From Lepidodermella squamata (Eukaryota > Animalia > Gastrotricha): a DNA stretch of 64,000 bases. Positions 14,112 to 25,911 of this stretch are shown piece by piece; the first letter of the stretch is position 1, and every line of letters begins with the position of its first letter. Below the pieces are notes generated by a model, which was not told the origin of the DNA, ran no database searches, and was given only the letters and a program-made list of their open reading frames with translations. Both the position numbers and the translations under genes were made by a program. The DNA is taken from positions 4,154,001 through 4,218,000 of the forward strand of contig JBLDXI010000001.1 of assembly GCA_047495785.1 (NCBI GenBank), in the 5' to 3' direction.

Positions 14112-15324
14112 TATTTTCGAAGCTGTCTTTACGCAATAAAGTCGACTTTAGCTAAAGTTAGCTGATTTCAGCTGGTGTATATGATAGACATAGAGCTAGC
14201 TTTATCCAAAACGCGATTTTCGAACATAAAGCTGACTTTATTTGTGAAAAGTCGTCTTTATGTATTGTGTATTTTAATGTAATGGATTGAATGTATTGTG
14301 ACACCACGCTTTCGCAATTGGCCCCAACAAAGCTGAAAAAACTTCAAAGGCGCCAGGACCAGGCTGTTCGAATCATATGCCGCGCTCCAGCGAACGCCGA
14401 CCCGAAACCGCTGCGACAAAGTCTCCGTTGGCTTGATTTGGACGGAAAGCGCAAGGTTCACTTGGCCACTTTGATATGGCGATGCATGAATGGAGAAGCT
14501 CCGGATGCCCTGACTGCCCTCTTCAATGCACGAGAACCAACGGCTCCTACTCGAAAACTAGCAGCCTTAAATGGTCTGACCAACATCCTAAAAACCACCC
14601 AAAACAAAATCGAAAACAATGGAACGTTGCCTACCGTACTATGGGGCAGTCTTCTGGAACAGCCTTCCAGACGAGATCCGAGCAGCATCCACCGCCGACC
14701 AGTGCAGGCAGTTGGTCTACGAACATCTCATCTAACAACAAAGCAAAACCACTGCCGAGCCTGCTACCGAGTTCCCCACTAAACCTACTATCGAAAAGTG
14801 AAATCGCCTTTTATATATTTTTATATCTATTGATGAAACCGTCTCATGTTGTTGCCGTGATTTTTTTCATGCATACTTTCGTCCTATTTGTTTTCTATCT
14901 GTCCAAAAACACGCCTCCTTGTTGTATAGTTTTGCAATTCACCTAATCACTACTTTCTTTTTACAGCTGAGCTTTCCAACACACTATGGATGAATGGCTC
15001 ATAAATAAATAAAATAAATAAATTATCCTGCATATAGAAATGTACTTAGAGTCGAGAAAGACGACCATCCTCGCCTTTATCGCCTTAAAGTCGGCTTTAT
15101 CGGTATATTTTTGTTCGCAAACGAGTGATTTGACCCCGAAAGTTCTTCTTCGTCGTCGTTTTTTATTATTTATCAGAATAAAAATGCTGGCAAAAAGTAG
15201 GTCATGGTCATGGCTAATGATGAGCGATTTATGATACCGCCATTCATTAATTTCTACGAAATATCATGGCAAAGATGGCTTTACGCAATAAAGTCGACTT
15301 CAGCAAAAGACGGCTTCGAAAATG
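14112..15324. mobile_element. Degenerate TIR element interrupted by a LINE fragment
   Basis: attttcgaagctgtcttt ... aaagacggcttcgaaaat inverted ends. Internal repeat ctttacgcaataaagtcgactt at ~14128 and ~15280. Confidence 0.55.
14285..15022 (+). mobile_element. 5'-truncated LINE (L2/CR1-group) 3' end, frameshifted
   Basis: ORF2 C-terminal signature KLQRRQDQAVRIIC..LRWLDL..RKVHLATLIWRCMNGEAP and, in another frame, YGAVFWNSLPDEIR. Followed by an AT-rich 3' UTR and an (AAAT)n tail at ~15000-15022. Confidence 0.85.
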
Positions 15325-15380
15325 CTACATAGCAGTATAACAGTAAGTATAGTCAGTATAGGAAAGTAGTATTTCAACTA

Positions 15381-16247
15381 CTAATAGCCGTAATAGTCCG
15401 ATTCTTTAGGAGTGGTGGTGGCACTTCTCGGCCGAGTGGTTGAAGTTAGATTCGAACTGACCGTAAAGTTACTGATGGATATACCGGCAAGGGGGCATTC
15501 ATTCGGATAGTATCCCTCGATGGCACTCAGAGAACGTCTAATCGACCATTCAATAGCTTCATGATGCGCATTTGCAATTGATGTCTCAGAACATTCCGCA
15601 TGAACGGACCGAAGAATCCTAACAATGGCATCAGACGTTGAATTGCAGTCATCAGGATTAAACACCTCGGCAGAAAGAACTCGAAGAAGCTCAGCAACGA
15701 ATGACTTCAATTCAGGTTTAGTCACGGCTGCGACTAAACATTCACGGTCGTTTTCCATAGAATTCAGAACAATCTTCGACGTGCAGAAGTCATCCGCCAG
15801 GCTCATTATCTTTCTGAGGAACTCACTTTCAATAGCGGGTATGTCTTGGAATCGCCTAAAGGCTGCTGTGGCCCTCTGGAGCAATACAGGGCAGTTCCAC
15901 CAATTTAGCGACCCCGTGTGGTGGCGGGCGCAGTATTGAGAAATTTTCACGATCTGGCAAAGCCAATGAACTGATTGCAACCTGTAGGATATCAAACGTT
16001 CTGTTGCATAGTTTAAAGGACTCGTGGTCTGAAAAATAGTAAAGCCGTGGGAAAACTATGGCTAACAATTTAGATGAGTTACTTGAAGAATTCGGAATTT
16101 TTTGACGATATCGGGTTCAAAAAAGTCGTTTAAGCAAATGTCAATACGAACATTGTCATCGCACTGGGTTACTGCTGCTTGATCTTGGCAGTTGGCGTAT
16201 AACACTGCTAAGAGGCATGTCAAAACTAACACATCAAATCTAAACAT
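15381..16247 (-). CDS. Secreted Cys-rich WWxCP-family protein, paralog 1 (270 aa; lacks the terminal Cys hairpin)
   Basis: Exons 16247-16083 and 16028-15381 (GT-AG, phase 0). Signal peptide MFRFDVLVLTCLLAVLYANC. Clear homology to 32444-33506, including the intron and 5' flank. Confidence 0.85.
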
Positions 16248-16365
16248 GCTTTTCGACGTGTTAATGAAGTGAGCGAAAGGTTGAATGGATGCATGCAATT
16301 ACACGCCGCATATCTTAAATCATGCCATCATCAAGGAAATTACATTAATGAAAGAGCAAATTTGC

Positions 16366-16771
16366 CAGGATCTAGAACATTCGACCAGTATGATCTCGAA
16401 TGTTCGATTGATCTGGAAATGTTTTAGATCCTGAAAAAATTATTTCGAGTTTACAAAAGAGACCATTTAAGGTGGAAGTTTCAAAGTTTCTGAAGCAAGA
16501 GAGCAGACTATAGCGTGCCAGTGGCCATGCTCAAGGTGAAATCGACTCTGAGGAAACAAGGATTTCTTTGGAGTGTTCGTTAGTCTGCTCTCTTCCTCAG
16601 AGTCGGTTTCACCTTGAGCATGGCCACTGGCACGCTATAGTCTGCTCTCCTGCTTCAGAAACTTTGAAACTTCCACCTTAAATGGTCTCTTTTGTAAACT
16701 CGAAATAATTTTGTCAGGATCTAGAACATTTGACCTTCCAGTAATATCTCGAATGTTCGATTGATCTGGAA
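16366..16771. repeat. Inverted repeat (arms ~138 bp) combined with ~53-bp direct repeats
   Basis: 16418-16556 is the reverse complement of 16593-16731. caggatctagaacatt..gatctggaa is repeated directly at 16366-16418 and 16715-16771. Confidence 0.9.
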
Positions 16772-17039
16772 TATAGAGAATAGAGTTATCGTGTATGGAA
16801 CGGAGCGGAAACAACAAGCTATTTGCCAAGTATTGCCTTTTATTATTATTGAGAATATTTAATAACCTTCGATTACCCGAACTATCTCAAAGGTGTGAGT
16901 CGAGAATTGAGTATTTGCCTAACAGGCCATTTTTTAGCGAACAGGCTGATGGTAATAGCGTCCGGTGGACATATAGGTATTACATATTTTATAATTAAGT
17001 AATTAAAAGTTATTTGCAAACATAATCAGAAAAATATTG

Positions 17040-19100
17040 ACTCGAGTTTCGAATTAGACACCAACGTAGAAGAGATCAAGGCAGCAGCTGCTGGAATTGC
17101 CCTTGACACGTCTCATGGACCGGACAGAACACTCATGAGAGTTATTCATGCAGAGGGTTGCCTTGATGTACTCGTCTTGATTTACAATTTCATGTTGAAA
17201 CGCCGATTTCTTCCGAGCTGCGGATTGCGAGAACTGTGCTTTTTGATAAATCAGGCGACCTCAATGACCCGAACAACTGGCGCCCAATAACAATAACATA
17301 CCTCGTGAGGCGTGTGTTCGAACGAATGCTGGACCGCCGGCTTAGAGAGTACGTATGCTTCTCATCGAATCAGCGTGGATTCACTTCGTGCCCAGGCACC
17401 CATATAAATGCTTCGATTGTCTCTGGGTGTCTTAGAAAAGCCAAAGCAGACAAATCTACTTGCGTTGTGACCTTCTTGGATTTAGCCAAAGCCTTCGATA
17501 ACGTTGGTTTCGAACATATACGGAAAACATTGGAATATCTGCCCATCCCGAGTGACCTTCGCTTTATGCTAATGGAGCTAGTAATTAATAACTCTACACA
17601 AATTGAAGCAAATGGCCCTAAAACTTCTCTAATCTCGTTTGAACGCGGAGTTATGCAAGGTTCACCTATCTCACATACTCTATTTAATCTTTGCATTGAT
17701 TTCGTTCTACGTGAGCTATCTGAGCGGGAAGTAGCAGAAGAGTATGGTTTCAAACTCTCCTCAGATCTTCCGAATGTTTCTGTTCTTGGTTTCGCTGACG
17801 ACACTACGCCTGTCGGGAACAGCCGCGAATCAGCTGCCACGCTTGTCGAAATTGCAAGAAACCTATTTGCACAGATTGGACTCGAAGTAAATGTGAAGAA
17901 ATGCGTGGCAATTATTGTCGAAAATGGAAAGCTTAATCCTGAACCCTTGGTTTTGAACAGCGGTGATTTGATTCCGGCTATCAAAGAGGATGAATCCATT
18001 AGATACTTAGGAGTAACCTTTAACGACGAGATTATTTTCGATGAAGGAGCTGTCATTTCAGAATTGAAGGAACAATTGGAACTACTCGCGAAATCGAATG
18101 TTTTGCTTGCGGACCAAAAACTAACAATTCTAACGCAATTTATCTGGCCAAAGCTTATCTATCCCTTTCAAACGGCCCCAGTCAAAGCTATAAGGAAAAC
18201 CTTCCTTGATTCCGTTGATGTGATCCTACGAAGTGTTGTTAAAGAATTCATTGGTCTTCCTACCAGTACGCCATCGAGCTCCTTATACGCACCGCGAAAA
18301 CACCGTGGTCTTGGTCTACCAAAAGCATCTTGGGAAGCGTATTTACAAATATATAACATCTGCAGGAAGCTTCTCATCCATGGCGAACCGCTTGTGACGG
18401 CTTGTAGGGACCTGGAAGGTGAAATGGAGGAATGCCTTGCCAAAATTGATATCGACTCGGACGAAAACCTCGAATTCAATCTTGAAGAAGAGTTGGATGA
18501 AAATGATGGACATGAGGCAGAGAAGAACCTTCCGCCACACGTAAAAGCTATACGCAGCAATTTGAGAGAACGAGAATTCCAATTTTGGTGCAGCCTGGAA
18601 CAGAAAGGAAAAGGAGTGTCTCAGTTTAAATGTGTGCCTAAAACAAACAACTGGGTTCTGCGAAGGAATGGCTTGAGTGTAGCAGAATGGACAATGGCAA
18701 TTAAGATGTCAACGAATACGGCTCCGGTGAGAGGTGTGCCAGGTGTCAGTCAGGACGGTACCCAGTGTCGCCGATGCGGCGCTGAGATTGAAACCCTTCC
18801 CCACGTCCTCGGCGCTTGCCCCTTCAACTCGTTGGCCTCTACATTGGCGCCCGTGGCTCACTGACATAAGAAGCGGCAAAACTACTTCAGGATTACGGCA
18901 TCAGCAGCAGCAAATCAGTGGAAATCGCCCTTCAAGTTCTAAAAGATGGATTAGAATCCTGAATCATCATCTATACGCTAACAATCAATCCAACCATTAA
19001 TCAAAATATTATAAACTAAAACTAAAATTGAGAAATATATACCACTGCGTCTTAAAGGCATTGTTATTATTGTTAATAACACAGTACAACCAAATAAAAT
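17040..19100 (+). mobile_element. Decayed RLE-clade (R2/NeSL/Utopia-like) non-LTR retrotransposon
   Basis: RT motifs GPD (upstream frame, frameshift ~17220), NWRPITI, QRGF, FLDLAKAFD, GVMQGSPIS, GFADD, RYLG, RGLG. CCHC knuckle CRRCGAEIETLPHVLGAC. From 18831 another frame gives the endonuclease tail VGLYIGARG..IALQVLKD..RILNHHLY, with a stop codon and the catalytic middle part deleted. Confidence 0.9.
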
Positions 19101-19397
19101 GGTTTCTCTCTCTCTAGCAGACACAGCCAAATGTAACTTGAGACTCCACGAGCCGACGAATGAAACTCGATTCACAGCCCTCATCAGCCCGTATCAAACA
19201 TGTAATTAACCTGACTCTCTTTTTTAGTATCAGCAGTTGTTTCATGATTCTCTTGTGGACGCCATTATCGATTTTGGCAAAACATCTTCCTTGAGAACGT
19301 GCCTTTTTCATGATGCTTAGCTAATTAGGGCTTGTCAGGTTAGTTATATTTGTAGGCCAAGTTTGAGGTTTTTGACCATCTCAGTTCACTTCACAAA

Positions 19398-21701
19398 ATG
19401 AAAATGTTTCAACAAGTAATTTTTCTTCTATTGCTGATTGGGTCTGCTCACTGTAAGAGGTATCACCTGAAGCAGCTCATTCTTTACCCCAGAACACCCA
19501 ATCCCCAATCAAATGCATCGGAATGTCTAATAAGTTCTCAACTTGCGTTCGACAGAGCTAACCAGCAGTCATCGATTCTACCAGACTACCATTTGGTACC
19601 TGAATATCGCGATGAAGGGCCTGGGGGATTTTTCGTTCCTCGCACAGTCATCGACTTCTATCGAAACGGTTTCAACGAAACATTCCTCTCACCCATAGCT
19701 GGGCTGGGTTTTATCTCAGGAGGATGCAAAGCTGCTGGTTCTTTCCTGCAACACATCAATATTGTCGGAGTATCATTGAAATGTACGGCGCCTATTCTGC
19801 TAGACAGAAACAAGTTCCCGAATTTGTATCTTACTCAAGCTACGACTGTCATGAACGTATTTTCCTACCTGAACGTTGCCAAGGAATTGGGGAGATGGAA
19901 CAGGATTGCTATTCTTTTCTTTCTTGGCAATCCTACGGATTATCTCTCTGCAGATCTTACCTACCAAGCTGCAATTAAGCAGAATATCTCGGTTGCGTGG
20001 TACCACGGGGTCTCGGATTTGAATGATCCATCTCAGCTGGAGCCTTTGATAACAAGCGACGTCCGTGTCATCATTTTGTGGATTACAAGCGTCCCTGTCG
20101 TTCAACAGTTCTTTTGCCATACTTTCAGAATGGGAATCAAAGGGAGTCGCTACAATTTTATTCACCAAGTCGAAGTAGCTACATCAAACTTACCCGCAGA
20201 ATTGTGGCCAGGTTGCAGCCGATCAATGATAGTAGAACAATCGAAGCAGGTCATATTAGGCCTAAATTTACCGATACCTCTGACAACATCCCAGGAAATG
20301 ATGGATTTCGAGAAGGACTATGACCTGATGAGTGGAAAGCTGCGGGGTGCTTACTATAACTTCAGATTCCAATGTTACGATGCTACCATGGCAATCATCA
20401 ACGCGCTAGATGCAACCGAAAGACAACTTCGAAAGATTGAACTAAGCTTGAAAGACTATTCAACCCATCCAGAGGTTATTTCCAAAGTAGCCAACTCATC
20501 AGTTCTTGACGTTGATTTCCAAGCTCTGAGAACTGGACGATTCAGGTACAACAAGGTGTCTGGTCAACTGGCGACTGATTATCTTGCTATTGGCCGATCA
20601 ATGTCTGACGAAATACCTGTTTCTGCAATGGCGCTTGTGTCTCAAATCGACAATACTACCGGGAACTATAACCAAGATTATCAGCTGGTAAAAACAGGCA
20701 TTGACTTCATTTGGAACACCAATGACAACCAACCCCCAAACGACAGAGCCGCTTTAAGGGTCGTTAAGGATGACATTTCTGTTGATGCGCTCATTACCAT
20801 AGCTACTTGGTCCATTATTTCCATAATTGGTCAGATAGCTATTACAGCAGGGTTACTCATTAAAAGAAAGGAGCCATCAATTAAGGAGCCATATCTGAAG
20901 ATATTAGGCTGTGTTGGATCTATCATCACTCAAATCGCTGCGGTATTGCTCGTTTTTCCTGATTTCTGGATCAATAACTTCGACTCGGTAGGAAATGCAA
21001 GAGTTTGGCTTGTACAAATGGGCGTATCAGTTGTCAATGCTTGTCTGATCTCACGGCCATTTATGTACAAAGCTCCGGCCATCGGCAGAGTTTCTACGGC
21101 GAGAAATGCATCGTTACGAAGATCAACAGTAATCGATCCTGCCATCAAAGCTCAAGGGCAAAAGAAAAAAGTTGTGTCACTGATATTCGTTTTCTTGGCT
21201 ATGAATTCAGCTTTGCTTGCTTTTCTAATAACGCACGCAAAAATGACTGGCGAGGATCACTGTTCAGAGTTTCAATGGCCTGAACCCGATTCAGGAGTAA
21301 GAATTTACAACTATGATGAAGATTCCGTATCCTTCTGGCGCTATCGGCAATGCGCTGTTGTATCAACCAAACTTTACATAATCTTACTGCTTCATTCTCT
21401 TTTTCTGATCATGGGCCTTTGGAAAACATTTTCCATCCGCCAGCTGGGTAAAATGGGCCTTTGTCCCGAGTTCAACTTGATCGCGATCGGACTTGTGAAT
21501 TCTCTTGCTCTTTTAGCAGCTGGTGCAGTCATCAGTATCATCGTTTCCCAGAATGCAAATCCGAGCACTGTGAACAAGGATGTAAAAGTTTTCCTGGCAT
21601 TTCTTTTGCTTGTCTTCACCAGTTCAAGTTCAGTTTTGTGGGCGCTACCATTCTTTATGAAACGGGACATCCCTATCATGGATTTTAAAGGACTTCAATA
21701 G
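19398..21701 (+). CDS. Class C GPCR, GABA-B-like architecture (VFT + 7TM, no Cys-rich domain), intronless; subfamily A
   Basis: Signal peptide. ANF/VFT hallmarks (ILPDYHL, LLDRNKFPNLY, WNRIAIL, DVRVIIL, YDA..AI.NAL, WNTNDNQPPND). Seven hydrophobic segments in the C-terminal ~300 aa. Confidence 0.9.
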   Translation: MKMFQQVIFLLLLIGSAHCKRYHLKQLILYPRTPNPQSNASECLISSQLAFDRANQQSSILPDYHLVPEYRDEGPGGFFVPRTVIDFYRNGFNETFLSPIAGLGFISGGCKAAGSFLQHINIVGVSLKCTAPILLDRNKFPNLYLTQATTVMNVFSYLNVAKELGRWNRIAILFFLGNPTDYLSADLTYQAAIKQNISVAWYHGVSDLNDPSQLEPLITSDVRVIILWITSVPVVQQFFCHTFRMGIKGSRYNFIHQVEVATSNLPAELWPGCSRSMIVEQSKQVILGLNLPIPLTTSQEMMDFEKDYDLMSGKLRGAYYNFRFQCYDATMAIINALDATERQLRKIELSLKDYSTHPEVISKVANSSVLDVDFQALRTGRFRYNKVSGQLATDYLAIGRSMSDEIPVSAMALVSQIDNTTGNYNQDYQLVKTGIDFIWNTNDNQPPNDRAALRVVKDDISVDALITIATWSIISIIGQIAITAGLLIKRKEPSIKEPYLKILGCVGSIITQIAAVLLVFPDFWINNFDSVGNARVWLVQMGVSVVNACLISRPFMYKAPAIGRVSTARNASLRRSTVIDPAIKAQGQKKKVVSLIFVFLAMNSALLAFLITHAKMTGEDHCSEFQWPEPDSGVRIYNYDEDSVSFWRYRQCAVVSTKLYIILLLHSLFLIMGLWKTFSIRQLGKMGLCPEFNLIAIGLVNSLALLAAGAVISIIVSQNANPSTVNKDVKVFLAFLLLVFTSSSSVLWALPFFMKRDIPIMDFKGLQ

Positions 21702-22883
21702 CTGACATGAGATCTGATATTTATAGGCAACCGAAATTGGCTTAATGAGCCAAAAGTTCAACTTTAAACTGACATTCGGCATGTTGTTAATAGGTTGAGA
21801 TTGAGGTTAAAAAATGCACTAATTGGTCAGTTGACCACAAACATGACCGCCTTTCATCATGAATCGTACCTGTTGATTAATATGAATTATGAAGATCGTA
21901 TCAAATAATAACTACGGCGTAAACGACCTTGAAAACGCTCTGCAGCAAAGTCATTTTTTGTATGACCTCATGGAACGATTAAGGAAGAAAGGCGGATTTA
22001 GTCAGCAAGCACTTTTCGATACACACCTGTGAAATAGCTATAATGTTTGATACCGGACATTTGGGCTATTTTTTATTCATAGTCTTTTAAAATACAACCC
22101 CTGACCCTGTTGCTCGGTTACCTGTATTATTTAAAAGCAGCTTGGGACCAAACTCGGTTTTTTGGTCCCGTTAATTGATGGGTCGTAAAAATGTTCCCAT
22201 TTCATCAGGATTACTAATTCTTTATTACCCGTTCGAGATAAAATAAACAAGTAGCAAGAAGCATGACCAATGATTTGCAAATTTTTTATCGGAGTCTTTG
22301 AACCATCGTATTTTGGCTTCCAGACGCCGATATAGCTATCGAGGAAGGTGATTGCTAATTTGATTTCATAAGCACGATAATGCAGGCCTATTAAGATAAC
22401 GGCGGATAGATGTTGAAGGCGAATCATTGGCTTGCCTTATTGGCAACATTTCAAAGTAGGGTTGATTATCCCGCTCGGGAGAATATACATTTCTCGTAGT
22501 TTCATGGATTACTCTCCTGACAAGACGTTGCGTCCTGCGTTATGACAGCCTTTGGACGCCGTCTGGCTAATCTCTTACCAAACTCTTGGCTGGACTACGA
22601 GATCCCTCTTCTCTTATTTTGATTGCTATTAGGATGACACGCAATGTTTGCGAAATGACTCTGTTTTGGACGCGATAATTGTTTCGTATTTCCTCACTGA
22701 CTCACTTTTGGACTCGTCCGATTTCGAATATGCCCAATTACAGGAGAGCGTGGAGTGATCCAACGGAAATTTAAACCTCACATGTGCAATCTAGCTATAT
22801 ATTCATCCAAACCTTGCAGGGCAGTAATATGACCATCTGCTCCCAACTATTTTACGGAATTAAATAATTTGTCTACATTTCAG

Positions 22884-25259
22884 ATGGCTCCTCTGACAGT
22901 TTTCATTGCTCTTTTGCTGATCACTTCAGCTTCTCATTGCAAGAAATATCGTCTGAGACAGCTTGTTTTTTATCCTAAAACAGCCAATACGCAAGGTAAT
23001 GGCGCGGAGTGCATGATAGGCTCTCAAATTGCTATTGAACGGGCTAATCGTAATCAATCGATTCTACCAGATTATGAGATAATTCCGGATTATCGCGACG
23101 AAGGACCCGGAGGAGTTCTTACCGCTCCATCAATCATTGACTTCTACCGAAACGAATATTCCAACAATGAAACTGCTGTCCTATCACCCATAGTTGGCTT
23201 GGGTTTTCTCTCGGGTGGCTGCAAAGCTGTTGGCTCTTTCCTGCATCTCATCAATGTGGTTGGAGTTTCCCTGAAATGCACGGCGCCTCTCCTCACTGAC
23301 AGAGTCAGATATCCAAGTCTGTATCTTACTCAAGCCACGACTAACCTTAATGTATTTTCCTATCTTAAGATCGTGGAAGTTCTGGGGAAATGGAACAAAA
23401 TTGCGATTCTGTTCTTTCTTGGTAATCCCAGTGACTATCTCTCCGCGGAATTCACTTACCAAGCTTCAATTAAGCAAAATCTCACGGTTGCTTGGTACCA
23501 CGGGGTAACTGACCTAAATGATGCCTCACAGCTGGAGCCTTTGATAAAAACAGACGTCCGCGTGATTATTCTCTGGATATCAAATAGTAATGTTCTTCAT
23601 CAGTTCTACTGTCATACGTTCAGAATGGGGATCAAAGGAAGCCGCTACAACTTCATCCATCAGGTCGAAGTGCAACCGTCGAACCTACCTCAAGAGCTAT
23701 GGCCTGGTTGCAGCCGAGCTATGATAACCGAGCAGGTGAAGCAGGTCATTCTAGGCCTGAATACTCCACTACCTCCAACTGCATCCCAGGAAGTGATGTA
23801 TTTTGAGAAAGACTATGAGTTGATCAGTGGAAAGCTACGCGGTCCATACTACAACTTCAGATTCCAATGTTATGATGCAACTATGGCAATCATCAATGGA
23901 CTGGATTTGGCCGAAAAGCGTTTACAGAGGATGGGACTGTCATTGAAGGACTACACATACCAACCAGAGATCGTTGCTCGGGTGGCAAATTCATCAGTTC
24001 TTGACGTGGATTTTCAGTCTCTGAGAACGGTTAGATTCAAGTACAACAAAGTCAATACCCAGTTAGCCACGGATTACCTCGCCATAGGAAGGTGGGTTTC
24101 ATACGAATCCCCTCTCGTAACAATGGCAATTGGATCTCAAAAGGATAACACAACTGGATTATTTTACCAGGACTATCAAATAGTAAAAACCGAAACTGGA
24201 TTTGTTTGGAATACACAAGATAATAAGCCTCCAAACGACAAAGCTGCAGTAAGACTTATTAACGACGACAGTCCTGAGAATCTCCTCATAGTTGTTGCTG
24301 TTTGGTCACTTCTTTCGCTGTCTGGTATGATACCTGCTGTTGTGAGCCTCTCCATAAAAGGCATTGGAAAGTTCTCAAAAGAGCCCCATTTCAAGGCAAC
24401 AGATAATTGGCTCAAAATAATTGGGTGTTTCGGGTCTCTTATCGCTCATATCACAGCAGTAACGCTCGTTTTGCCTGATTTCTTGATCTATGACTTTAGC
24501 GCAGTTTGGAAGACAAAAGTTGGACTCGCTATTATCGGCGTTTCCATTGTGAATGCTAGCTTAGTCTTACGGCCTGTTATGTTCAAATCTCAGGCAATTG
24601 CTCTATCATCAGCAGCAAATTCAGTGGCTGGAAAACTTTCCAGACGAAAATATACTTTGCAAGGCTCTTTCTCAAAAAGTCAGGATAACGTGCGACTTCA
24701 ACATAAGAAATTCGTTTCCGTGGTCGTGGTCTACTTAGCATTGAACTTGATTTTGCTTGCTTTATTGATAATGTCAGCCGACCATTCATGCTCTGAGTTG
24801 CAATGGCCAGAACCTGATTCGGAAATAAGGATTTACGATTACAATGAAGATGTCGTTACATACTGGCGCTATCGACACTGCTCCTTTTCATCTCTCTACA
24901 TATACACGGTCATTTCCCTTCATGCTTTAGCCTTGATTATCGGACTATGGCATACTTTTCCGGTTCGTCAGCTTGGCAAAATGGGCCTTTGCCCTGAGTT
25001 CAATTTCATCGCTTTCGGGATCGTTAATTCGTTGGCTCTTTTGGCAGCCGGTACAGTTATCTGTATCGTGGTCTCACAGAATGATAATCCGAGCACCGTT
25101 AACAAGAATCAAAAATTACTTTTTGCATTTCTTTTTCTCGATTTCGGTACCTCAAGTTCTATTTCTTGGTTGCTGCCGCTTTTGCAGGAGCACGGCCTGA
25201 TGCGCAGACGAATTTCGGAAGCACCTCAAATAGCAGGCAAGAAAATCGGTGCTATGTGA
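22884..25259 (+). CDS. Class C GPCR, tandem paralog of 19398-21701, intronless CDS; subfamily A
   Basis: The likely ATG is 22884, directly after a tttcag acceptor. Long identical stretches with the neighbour (VGVSLKCTAP, IAILFFLGNP, MGIKGSRYNFIHQVEV, RQLGKMGLCPEFN). Confidence 0.9.
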   Translation: MAPLTVFIALLLITSASHCKKYRLRQLVFYPKTANTQGNGAECMIGSQIAIERANRNQSILPDYEIIPDYRDEGPGGVLTAPSIIDFYRNEYSNNETAVLSPIVGLGFLSGGCKAVGSFLHLINVVGVSLKCTAPLLTDRVRYPSLYLTQATTNLNVFSYLKIVEVLGKWNKIAILFFLGNPSDYLSAEFTYQASIKQNLTVAWYHGVTDLNDASQLEPLIKTDVRVIILWISNSNVLHQFYCHTFRMGIKGSRYNFIHQVEVQPSNLPQELWPGCSRAMITEQVKQVILGLNTPLPPTASQEVMYFEKDYELISGKLRGPYYNFRFQCYDATMAIINGLDLAEKRLQRMGLSLKDYTYQPEIVARVANSSVLDVDFQSLRTVRFKYNKVNTQLATDYLAIGRWVSYESPLVTMAIGSQKDNTTGLFYQDYQIVKTETGFVWNTQDNKPPNDKAAVRLINDDSPENLLIVVAVWSLLSLSGMIPAVVSLSIKGIGKFSKEPHFKATDNWLKIIGCFGSLIAHITAVTLVLPDFLIYDFSAVWKTKVGLAIIGVSIVNASLVLRPVMFKSQAIALSSAANSVAGKLSRRKYTLQGSFSKSQDNVRLQHKKFVSVVVVYLALNLILLALLIMSADHSCSELQWPEPDSEIRIYDYNEDVVTYWRYRHCSFSSLYIYTVISLHALALIIGLWHTFPVRQLGKMGLCPEFNFIAFGIVNSLALLAAGTVICIVVSQNDNPSTVNKNQKLLFAFLFLDFGTSSSISWLLPLLQEHGLMRRRISEAPQIAGKKIGAM

Positions 25260-25911
25260 TGTATATTCGACACATTCGCGGGTTGGTTGGAAGCCTGGGG
25301 TCCCCAGTTATTCTCCCTTGTAGTCTTCGTTTGTTTTCACCGTTTCACTGTCTGGCCGTTATGTTCCACACAGATGGAAATTAAAACTGTAGTTGGCGCT
25401 TAATTTTTCTGTAATAACTCCCAATTCAATTCAATTCAATTTTGCGTTCATGATTCTTGAATATTCTGATTTTATTCTATTCGTTCAATATATTCCCACA
25501 GCACCGTCAATAGTCAATATCAATCATATTAAGCACATATATTTCTGTGAAAATACAAAAACAGGCCATTCCAGCTAGGTAAATAAATGGCATAAATGGC
25601 AAATCTGTCGTCATAACCATAGCCACTGTAGGCTATAACATATTTTTCGCCGGCAATTCAGGCAGCATATCCACTCATTCTTCACGTATTCGAATCTAGG
25701 ATGGAGAATCTCTTATCGATTCCAGCTATGCTCCGCTGCGGATGTGCCCCGGTGCCTGCAATATAACTGCAGTTTTGATGACAGCCATTGCCAAGAAATC
25801 TTCTTTCGGCAAATTAAACTCCGGTATCGGTAGCTGCTGAGAAAGCGCCCTTTTCAAATTAAATTGTCTTTAAACTCAACTCAGCAAAACGAATCGAAGC
25901 TGTATCAATTA

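Noticed and set aside
17370-18560. 228-aa and 130-aa minus-strand ORFs
   Set aside because: Antisense shadows of the reverse transcriptase ORF, with no independent motifs.
19398-25259. Assigning GABBR1/GABBR2 gene symbols
   Set aside because: The architecture is similar, but the sequences are far too divergent and lack a recognisable C-terminal coiled coil, so orthology is unsupported.
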